Below are positions 36,086 through 46,383 of a DNA stretch of 46,383 nt, in pieces (position 1 is the stretch's first letter; each line of letters begins with the position of its first letter). The notes below the pieces were generated by a model. It was not told the origin of the DNA, did not search any database, and saw only the letters and a program-made list of their open reading frames with translations. Source of the DNA: Chromera velia (taxonomy: Eukaryota); contig JAHBMJ010000494.1 in NCBI GenBank assembly GCA_018398765.1, positions 1 through 46,383 of the forward strand, read 5' to 3'. Position numbers and translations under genes: made by a program.

Positions 36086-37568
36086 ATAAAAGTTCTACAA
36101 AGCCTACAGAGGGACAAAATCGAAACAGAAAGCAACTTATAGAGCAATTTAGTATGCAGCAACTTTCTGTACCTTCAAGTACTGTGGCTGTTGTCACATC
36201 TGGCAGCCCGCCTCTTCTGGAGCTCGCAGTCTGGACACCTACAGAAATAGCCCGTAGACATTCGCGTGGATATTTAAATTTAGTGGGTCGCGGGCCCGTC
36301 AGGCTGAATTTCGTGCACCAGATTGGCGCCGGGCGGGCCCGACCCTTTGGCCACGTTATGGCATGCAGCGCTAGAGGCGCTGCACGGGCGCCGTGCCAGT
36401 GAAGGGCCCCGGCGTCAGCTACTGCATCTTCACCTACACATTCGACTCTTAAAACAATCTTTTTACTCTATAAAATGCACCTATCAGATGCATCCAGCCT
36501 GATCGAGGTGCATAGGTGTAAATCAGGTGTATCAGGTGCATTTTTTCAGAATGTACCTTTTTTGGAATGCATCTTTTCCCGTCTTAGCAACTATGCACTG
36601 ACTGGAAGGAAAATGACTAAAAAGATTGTCGGCGTATCTGTATGTACTGGATTCTGCGATCGTATGTGCATGAATCTCTTTTTCTTTCTTACCAAGTACC
36701 AACGCTTGCAAATTGCAATAAAACCGCTACGGATTGGGCATACTTGTAAGCGAGCGATACAAGTACAAAAAAATGTATAACGATGTACCTCACAGTCTTT
36801 GTCCGATAAATATAGCATTATTAAAAGTAATAGAGCTCTAAATAGAGCTCTTTATGAAGATGACTCGGGACCGAGCCACTCAAGCGCCGCCAGACGGAGC
36901 CTTTCTATCGGATTTGGGACCGCTGCCGCAAGTTGAACGGATTTCAGGTCTTTTCAAGGGCTACGGCAAGCGTTTTCACAAAAAAAGCGGTGGCCACAGC
37001 AACGATGAGATGCGGAGCGCCGCATAATTTCATGTGCGTCTCTTTAGAAACGACTTTTGAAATGGCTGAATATTCAATTCCCTTTCCAGATTTGAGACGT
37101 TTCAAGGACTTCCTAGCCGACACTTCTTCTTCATAGGTACATCGATAGACTTGATAAACTGACTAATTAACTGATAGACTGACTACTGACTGATAGGACC
37201 CCGGGATTTATTCTGGTAAGCTCCGAAGTAGCTTAGAGGGAGCTCGTCTCCCGTCCATATAAACTTCAATAGTGACTCCATCGTTCGTACTTACAACCTT
37301 CTTTCTTTTTCTAGTTCTTTGCTAGCCCTGCATCAGCCCTAAGGTATTGAATTTTTATGACAGCTTAGAGTCACTGTTCCGTCGTTTCTTTTTGAAGATG
37401 AGTAAGAAAGCCAGTTCAGCTTCCGTCTCCAGTGATAAAATTTTTTAAGAAGTCCTGAATCGGCGTTTTCCCTCTTCTTCTCGTCTAGCTTTTCGTGCAC
37501 GAGCCCTTGATGATACATGCATAATGTATGATCATATATGATCGCCCTGCGTCGGCGCTGCATGATCG

Positions 37569-38026
37569 CATGCCGGGGGCGAGGGGGGTGTTTTTTGTCC
37601 CCCTAAAGCGGCGTATTTCCGCAACAAACTCGTTTTCATAATTGGTAAGGAGTTAGAAGCTGAAACTTTGTGTAAGAAGACGTTGTGACGATAGAAAAAG
37701 AACTATGGAACAGATTTTTTATATCATTTCTAGAAACATAGGCTGTCATACAAATTTTTTGATTTTGAGGCCATTTTTTAACGGTTTTGAATAGTAAGAA
37801 AAACGGTATGAAACTTACAAAATTTGTATGGCAGCCTATATGTTTCTAGAAATGATATAAAAAATCTGTTTCATAGTTCTTTTTCTATTGTTACAACGTC
37901 TTCTTACATAAAGTTTCAGCTTTTAACTCCTTACAAATTATGAGAACGAGTTTTTTGCAGAAAAACGCCGGTCTCCTATGCAGAGAGGGGGACAAAAGGG
38001 ACTCCACTCCCGGGCTTTCCGGCATA
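37569..38026. mobile_element. MITE related to the RAG1-like transposon
   Basis: ~190-205 bp inverted arms; CG-CATGCCGG...CCGGCATA-CG; shares spaced motifs with the TIRs of 30473-35598. Confidence 0.85.
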
Positions 38027-38057
38027 CGATCATACATCATCTCTTCCTCCATATAGA

Positions 38058-41000
38058 ATGCCTGAGACTGCTGCTGCTACTGCTGATGCTGCTGTGGTAA
38101 GTACAAATGACCTGTACGTTTCCTTTCCTGGCCCTGCGTCGGCCCATAAGGACTCGTCTCTTTCTGCATCCCAGCATCAAAAGGAAGACAAACATGAATT
38201 ACCTTCTATACAAGAAAAAGAACTTGATCGTTCCTCGCCAGATATTCCTCTTTTTCAATTTGATAGAGATGAAGAAAGGAATGGCGGTTTCGAAAAGGAA
38301 GCAGATCGCGCCCTACAGGAAAAGGAAAGAGAGATTCTTGCTCTTCGAGCAAAGTGTATCCAACTGACTAAGCCGAATATGAGAACGAATGCCTCTCTTA
38401 CGGCAATGCATAAAGACAGAAAAGTGAGTCCGGCTTCCACACTGCCTCATTCGGTGCTCCTTTATCCATGAGTGTGCACGCGGTGCCGTTTCCCACTAAA
38501 TACCTGTCTGGTGACAGAATCTTTGCCCTGCGTCGGCACATCAGTAAGACATAGAGAGGAACAGAGAGACAACAGACAGGGTAGCTAGGGATGGTAGATA
38601 GAGTGGAAGTGGGGAAGAAAGAGAGAGAGAGTCAGTGGAAAGACGGCCCTTCACGCAGAGAGAGACTGCATGTGAGACGCTGTCTGGCTCTTCCTCACAG
38701 CCTCACTTCATCCATCTATTTTTTTCTTCCATTCCCATCACTCAGTCACTGCAGAGAAAAGAAATGCAGCAAACAGATATGAAAGGAGAAGTTAGTAAGG
38801 GAGAGAAAAGAGGAGACGGCAGAGATCTACAGACAGACCACCGAAAGAAAACGATGAACAAAAATGTTATACATATGCTTCGACACTTGCCGTCTCACCA
38901 GCTTCATCACATCTATCCCACCCTTCTATCCATCCCTTTCACTCAAACACAGCAACGAGAGGAGATTCAGAGAGTGGAAGGAAATAGAGATGTGAGTGAG
39001 AGAGACAGAAGGAGCAAGAAACAGTTTGTGAACTGAGAGAGGCAGATAGATGGGCAGGCAGTGCGCTTGCCGTCTTCACCAATCCATGGCACCTCGCCGT
39101 CTCCTTTCATTCCAGCTTTGTCTTCTCATGCCTTTGTCCCACAGTTTGCCTCACCACACAACCAAGACAGAGATGACAGAGAAGAAACTGAGAAAGGAAG
39201 ACGGGAGAGATGAATGAGCAGTGAAGGAATACAACAGGGAGACGTAGTACAGTCAGCTCGACTGAGTGCATATCAGACTGCGAGTCAGCATGCAAATAAT
39301 CAGGTTGAAGGAATCGCTCCAAGTGAAAGAGTACGACAGATTTAGGCTACCCGTGTTCTGCCTGCACCCGTCATCTCTTCTTCTTTTTTTGAGCTTTCCA
39401 GATAGAGATAGACATAGAAAGAGAGGTTTCTTCACAATGAAATGGAAGGAGCCAGTCAAGCAGCGGCCGTGAAAAGAGTTGACCACCCTCACTTCCTATT
39501 CACTCATACCCAGCCTCCTATTGTCACTTTCCTTTGATACCCAGTCATACCGATCACACACAGTCAACCTGGAAGCCTAGCTGGAAGCTCTCTCATGCAT
39601 CACAGGCAGACAGAAGGAAATTCTCTTTTTTTTTTCTCTTCCATACGTGCAGGGGGAGATGGTTTGGGGGTGGCGACTGCCCCTGCGACGGGCCAGGCGG
39701 GGGGAGGAGAGAAGGACAAGGAGAGAGGGAGAGAGATGGAGAGAGAGACAGACAGATCAACAAACAAACAACAGCAGTATCATCATATGATAACATACAT
39801 AATTATAAATCCTCTGCACATGTCTATATGATCATATCGGTATTGAAATGAATTTTAATGGAAACGAGCACTCCCGTCTTCCCTTTGTGAAAACTAGGGC
39901 ACGAGAGGGTAGTTTTGCTCAGGATGCTGCTAGTGCTCCTCAAAATGTGGATTTCTATGGCCCTACGTTGGCCCCTACTGGAATTATAGGGAGCAAATCT
40001 GAATATGAATTGAAGACATGGTTACACGGAAAGACTGAGGCCTATCGCGAGCATGTTCAACAAATGGGTGGAGATCATTCTCAGAGTGGCTCGCAGAGAG
40101 GTGGGGAGAGACAATCAAAGGGAAGGAACAAGAGAGGAGGACATTGTCAAGGAAGAGGAAATTCTGCCCCTGCGTCGGGCCAACAGAGTTCTGCCCTCTC
40201 TCACCCCCAAGCCAGCTCTGCCGGCAGACCCGTGGTGCCTTTGGGGCTTCCACAGTTTAGCAACCCTGCAGTAGCTCCCTAGTCTCCCCCAGGTTTACCC
40301 CCTCAAGCACCGAGACCTCTTGGTGAGCAGCATAAAGGACAGCTTGGACAGGTCCCTCGTAGACCTCCACCGCTGTTTCAACATATGCTCGAGCACGGTG
40401 CCCCTCCTCCATCGTCTGTCCTGTCTGATATAGACAAGGATTTTGCAGAGAAGAATGAAGAGACTACGGTATCTCTCTTTGAGTCGAATGAAGACATCTA
40501 CGAAGTGACCAGTGAAAAATCTCCACACCAGCAGATGGTAGTTGATTTGAACCCTTGGTATACACAGTCTCTTCCAGCACCCAGTGTTACATCCTCCTGC
40601 CCCCCCCCACCTCCTTCTAAGTCTTGGGGTGGGTTTTTCTGGGAACTTTTCCCCTGACAGGTCGTCGGATTTGGATGCCTCCTCACAGGTAGGAGAGAGC
40701 GAAATGGGTGATTTGGGGCTTCCGGGACCGACTGACTCAGCACTTGAAGCAAGTCTGCAGGTTTCAGAGCCTGGCTCAGCAGATTCATCAGATACGGGAG
40801 AAAATGGAACAGATATTTCAAATGCTATTCAGCAGTCCGAGGAGGCGTCAGTCTTCTCATGGACAGCAGGTGTTAATTTTGGAAACACTCCCCCCCGGAC
40901 TGTCCAGCCTGCTGCAATCACCTTCGTCCATGCCCCTCTTCCTCCCCCTCCAGCGCACCAGTACGGTGTCAGCATTGCCCCTCCCCCTCCCCATCTGGCA

Positions 41001-44000
41001 CATCAGTACGGTGTCGGTATTCTTCTGACAGCCCTTGCAGAAGACAGTGAGCCGGAGAATGCACGAACGAGTCTTCGTCTGATTCAGACTCCAGGATGTC
41101 TACTGGCAACATGCCGAGTTTGAGGCAGTCCGTCCATTCTCCGCCTTTTGAGGCAGCTTCTTCAAGCAATCCCAGTGTTGCTTCCAGAAGTGGGTGGAAT
41201 CTATCAGACGATGACTCCCAATTTTCCTAACCGCTCGTCCTCCCTTTCCATCTAGCTTAACTCCTCATTCCCACCGTACCGACAGCTCTTCCACTGACCC
41301 CTAGTCAGGCATCCCCACCCTCTGAACTCTGCGGTTTTGTAGTGAGTCCTGCGTCAGGCCCAGGACAACTGCATGACGACCCTACACTGAGAGCACACAG
41401 TAAAGAACCGGGGGGGGGGGATCATATCGCATACTCTGGTGTGCTCTCTTTCATGTGGGCAAAAGCTCACATGTGACAAGAGTTCCTGAATGGTTGCTTC
41501 GCAACCACCATCGCACCAGAAGTAGTACCCGAAGCGCGGGGGAGGGCTGGGGTTGGCACAGTGAACGAACTTTGGAAGACTGAGATCAGTCTTTATCTCA
41601 ACAGAGAACTTCACCTCTATGGGCGAGAGCCAATCACATGTAGAGACTTCAGGTCTAGCTATTTTTATCTCAGAGATCTGACCGACTTGGACATGAACAT
41701 TCTTCTCCACAGCTGGAAAATGCAGCTCTGTTGTCTGACCAACAGGGAGGAGGTAGAGAGCATTTTGAACAGTGCTGTTTCAGAGCCTGAGGGGGGGGGA
41801 AGGACCCGAGGCTAACCTGCCTGATGGTCTGCTCCGAGAAAGACACCGACACTCACCAACAATGGTCAGTTCTGATCCTCAAACAGAGAGTGCTCACAAA
41901 CTAGGAGAGACTCTCCACCCATAAGTTCCCGCAGGGCGTCACAATAGCAGACATCAGTCCAAGTGACACTGATACTAGGGTACAAGTATTTAAGGTAAAA
42001 GAGATTCGCTACTGCAAAATGCCCAACTGTCAGATGCCTTTGCGCCCCATCGCCTTCACAAATTTCATTACGATTCCCTCCGACTGTCAATTCAAACATT
42101 TTATTTGTGAAGGCCACATCTACCGCGGCTTTGAGACGGGTATGAAATGCAACCTTTGCGCTAGGTACCAATCGGTGGTTCCTGTTCCCACTTTCCGATA
42201 AATGGCAGCCACTTGGGAGCATGTTCTCCTGGTCCTCCTCCGGTTACTGACACCTCCCGCGGGAGTCTGATCGATTCCATCCACCAAATGATCGAACATG
42301 AGAACCTCATACGAACTCCAAGCATTCTATCAACGGATTTGCGCGTTCCTTACCGCTTAGAATCACTAGGCAGAGGATCAAACTGAACGATGGTTTGAGT
42401 TCGGAAATCCCCCCCCCCTCGTTTCTTCTTAGAGACTCCTCGAGCTGCCCCGGCAGAAGAGCCGGCAGTAGTTGAAGGAGGAGAGGAAAATGCCGTAGTT
42501 GAATCAGAGGAGGGGGGTATGATAGCTGAAGGAAGAGAGGAAAATGCCGCAGTTAGGTCCGAGGAGGGGAGTGTGATTGCTGAAAAAGGAGAGGAAAGTG
42601 CTACAGTTGAGTCCAAGGAGGAGAGTGTGATTGCTATGCAACAGACAGACACCGGGCTGGGAGACAGACAAGTAGCTTTCCTTTATTGTCTGCTGTATGC
42701 GGTTTTCAGAACAGAAAATATCCCTCTCCCCTTCAATCACTTTATTGCGGCAATGCCATATGTCGATTCGATCCCTTGTGCAGTGCTCATCTTATTCCAT
42801 CTTTCCCGTACCTTTCCTCTTGCTGCCTCCGATCTAGAAAAAGGTTAGTATGTCACTCTTTTCGAAGGAGTCCTCACTCCGTTGGAGGGATATGTCACTC
42901 CTGGGGGACCAGAAGATGTTATCTCAGTCGTGCATAAGCCAGAGGATGACGATCCCTCACCTGTCGGGGAAGAGAATGGGGAAGATGAGAACGAGAGTGA
43001 TAGAGGCACGGTAGGAACGATGGAAGACAATAGAAATGAGGAGGATTTTGAGGAAGAAAATGGTCATGCTGCCCCCGAAGAATCTGATCTTGATGAGGGA
43101 ACGTTTTTTGCATCTCCTCCGTCAAACTTGGCCTACAGCGAAAGAGATGAAAACGAGAGTGTCGGAACAATGGATGAGGTTTTTGATGGGGAGATGGATG
43201 TTGACATGGAAGAGAGAGGGAATGAGGGTCACCATCAAGAAGAGGAAAGAAGTTTTTCTACCCCTCCTCCGATGAATTTTGGGGAGGGCTCAGAAGCTTT
43301 ATCAAGACAGCAGACAGACAGTTGGTATGCTGGTTCTTCAAAGAAGGCACGTCTTTCTGCTGCTCCATCCTCTTCTTCCGTTCATCCCCCCGCCCCTGCG
43401 CCTCCCCTGGCTCACCTCCCAGAAAGATGGGTCCAATATGCTCCCCAGCACTTGGGCCCGGAAAGAGTAGTGCAGTGGAGGGGCTCTCACCCCTAAGGCC
43501 AATGGAACCCACAGTTTGGCATACCCCTACCGCCTCCGCTACCACCGCCCTTCCTACCAGGACAGGGGGGCCTCTTGAAAAAAGTTCGTACCTTTTCCCG
43601 CACAGGATGGAATGTTCCCCCCTTCCCACCCGCCCCCTCCTCCTCCTGGTCCCCACCTGTTTATCGATCAGGCGCTGTTCTCTCCTGTTCAGTTCGGACT
43701 CACTGTCAACCTGACTCTGAGTCCGCATTTCACTCCAAGGCTATTTGACAACAGCGTCATCTTAGTAAGGGCGCCTGAGAGGGAAGAACCGGCCTGTCCT
43801 CCATCACCGAGAGCATGGCCGAATGAGGCAGCCTCCGCCAGTATAAGCCAACCGGCGGATATCACAAGGGGAGGAAGTGAGCAGGCAGTCCCAGCCCATC
43901 CCGACTGGAACAAACCCCGCCCCTTCCCGGTCCAGTACCCCCTCCCCTATTCTCGCTTTCCCCTGGAAGCATGTTCAGACCACTCGGACAGTGCCATGTG

Positions 44001-45631
44001 GAGAGAATAGAGAAGTCGCACTGTTCTCATGGAGGTAATAACAGACCTTTATGATCTAAGCCCCTAATAGCAGCACCAAGACCTGCAGGAGCTCCTCATA
44101 GTAGCATACTCCCAGCAGTTCCGTAACGCCACCCCCGCATAGAAGCAGAAAACCTTATAGAAAATAGGGTATTGACACAAGGCCCCTCCAGAACTCGTCT
44201 CATTTGATGATAAATGGATACCGCAGACTGTGTTTCTCAATACAGATGTGGGCATTCGTGAGCTCGATTGGCCTTCCGTCTGAGCACAAAGGCCTGAGGG
44301 GCAGGTTGTGTTTGAGGTGTACTGTGAACAGGACTCGGGGGAAAAAGAAGTCATCGCTCTTCTCCCAGATTCCACCAGCCTATTTGTATGAGACTTCGGT
44401 CTCCCCGTGGAGGGCCCCGGATCGGGTGCTCTGTTCTCTCTCTCGCGTCTGATGAGAACAGAAGCATGAAAAGACAGAAGCATGAAAGGTCTGATGATAC
44501 GTCTGTTCCAAGTGGCAATGGCTGCCCTTCCAAACGACGTCTACGGTCTTAATAACCAACTGTGTCCGAGCGGAGTGATGTACAAGAAGGGGGGTGAATC
44601 AGGAATGCTCTTTCCGATAGAGTTTCTTTTTAGTCCTCTAAAACTCCACCTCTTCTATATGAATGAGTGGGACGAGTATTTCCACGACCTCCCAAGGGTC
44701 TCAAATTCCTCCCCTGACCCTGACCGCATCAACTCAGGCCCATCTACCGTCCTTTGCTTCCCCAACAGCCAGACCCTTGCCGGCTCTACAGAGAGTCGGT
44801 GGGCGTTATTTGCCTCGACAGTCTACACAGAGCCAAGACCGTTGATGACAGAGGTCGAAAAGCTTGATGACCTGATTTCAGTCTCAGGCCGTGTCGGAGG
44901 AGCCTTGCCCGACAAAGCAAACCGACCCATCATGTGTGGGATAGACGAACCTGGTTGTGACAAATTCCTGAAACCATACTATGAGTGTGGTGCAGCTCAT
45001 GCCGCACGGCATAGGCTATGCGGGCCGGCACAGCCTATGCCAGCCAAAATCGCTGGCGCAGCCTTTTGTAATAGTATGAATAGGCTCTGCCGTTCTGTTG
45101 GCTTGGACTAACGGAAAGCCCCTATGAAACACCACTATAGCAATGTCTTACTGTATCCTTTTAGAGTGTATGTCACCCTTTTTTGGTCTTCTAAGCCTTT
45201 CCAGAAGCTGAGATTGATCATATTCAAGAATTGACAGATTTTTTTGACTGTTGATTGGGAGATGGGCTGAAGAGCTGACCTCTCTGTCACTTCTAAAAGG
45301 GCTCGCAGCCCATTCTGTCCACTTCAAAGACTTTGTAGTGCTTTTCCCTGTCGAGTGGGAAAGGGTTGCAGTGGTGTTTCTGGCTGTGGGTGAACCGTTG
45401 GGGTCCTTGGTCCTCGTTTTAGAGATTCGTGTGTCTGGACTTTCAGCAGTGAGCGATGTGTATATTCCTCCGGGTGCCTTGGAGGTTGTTCCGCTTGCCT
45501 TACCTTCTCTCACTGGCTTGTCTAATCTTAGTTGTATGCAGTTGCTTTGGTGGAATGACTCTCGGGGGGCTGGAAGGGGGCAGGGGTCATTCGTCTCGCT
45601 TCGTAGTGGATGTATTTTTTGGGGGATATAG
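38058..45631 (+). pseudogene. Degraded, partly intron-containing coding region(s) of unknown identity
   Basis: Chain of + strand ORF fragments (coiled-coil-like 38058-38471, acidic 42882-43496, 209-aa 44482-45111), short GT-AG intron-like segments near 38.4-39.6 kb, and an in-frame 18-aa repeat. No domain recognised. Confidence 0.4.
42473..42634 (+). repeat. 54-bp (18-aa) tandem repeat x3
   Basis: EGGEENAVVESEEGGMIA / EGREENAAVRSEEGSVIA / EKGEESATVESKEESVIA. Confidence 0.8.
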
Positions 45632-46157
45632 ATGTGTGCAGCCTTCTAAATGCCTTGGAGACCGTTTTATTCTCATTATTTCCACTGACCAGTGTTCCGG
45701 ATCCTTGCTATATGCAGTTGCTTTGGTAGAATAGCTTTCTGAGAGGTCAGAAAGAGGTAGAGTGGGGCATGCGTATGCCTCAGCTCACGGAAGGGTGCTC
45801 CTGCGACTCCCTGGATGGGCCATGTTTTCCCTTAGAGGGGCCGGGAGCACTTGTTTTGTCTTGTTCTCTCTTTTTCCTCTCTCTGCATCACTCTGCAGTG
45901 TTCATGGCCTGCATTGTTTCTTCTGCTGCCCCCCTTTTCCCCTTTATTTCTTTCTTTCCACCCCCCTCCTTCACTTTTTTATTTTTTTTCATGCCCTCCT
46001 CCTTTCAACCCTGTCTCCCTCCCTCCATCCGTCCCTCCCGCCCTCTCACCCTTCCCCCCTTCCTTCCTTCTGTCATCCTGCCTCTTGATTCCCCTTCTGC
46101 TTCCCCTCTGCCTTTCCCTTCCTCACCCCCCCTCCTTTCTAGCCCCCTCCCCTCTCT

Positions 46158-46383
46158 CCCTCCCTCACCTCCCTCCCTCACCTCCCTCCCTCACCTCCCT
46201 CCCTCACCTCCCTCCCTCACCTCCCTCCCTCACCTCCCTCCCTCACCTCCCTCCCTCACCTCCCTCCCTCACCTCCCTCCCTCACCTCCCTCCCTCACCT
46301 CCCTCCCTCACCTCCCTCCCTCACCTCCCTCCCTCACCTCCCTCCCTCACCTCCCTCCCTCACCTCCCTCCCTCACCTCCCTC
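46158..46383. repeat. Perfect 13-bp tandem repeat (CCCTCACCTCCCT)n
   Basis: About 17 identical copies running off the window end. Confidence 0.95.

Noticed and set aside
36086..37560. 5' LTR and primer-binding site of the Gypsy element
   Set aside because: No match to the sequence at 22810-23170. TGGTGCACGAAAT (minus, ~36308-36320) could not be tied to a tRNA or an LTR end.
46158..46383. Telomeric repeat
   Set aside because: The unit matches no telomere motif I recognise, and the C-rich strand runs toward the right end, the wrong polarity for a right telomere.

Overview
Repeat-dense eukaryotic DNA with no clearly recognisable intact host gene. The short GT-AG introns and microsatellites suggest a protist, perhaps chromerid-like; this is an unverified impression. 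1-14 kb holds 21-38 bp minisatellites in a local segmental duplication with nested non-autonomous DNA transposons, several confirmed by empty paralogous sites. 14-22 kb holds more MITE/hAT elements. 23.2-36.1 kb (minus) is a decayed Ty3/Gypsy chromovirus whose gag N-terminus is interrupted by two DNA transposons. The larger one (30473-35598) is the main finding. It has ~205 bp TIRs, an apparent 2-bp CG target duplication, a frameshifted intron-containing RAG1/Transib-like (CMC-type) DDE transposase, and a second, convergent gene of unknown function. A related MITE (37569-38026) shares its termini and motif spacing, and both elements have arms whose spacer differs by 11 bp (10 vs 21), recalling the 12/23 rule. 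38-45.6 kb is a degraded coding region of unknown identity, and the window ends in a 13-bp tandem repeat. All protein assignments come from reading motifs by eye; no searches were run.
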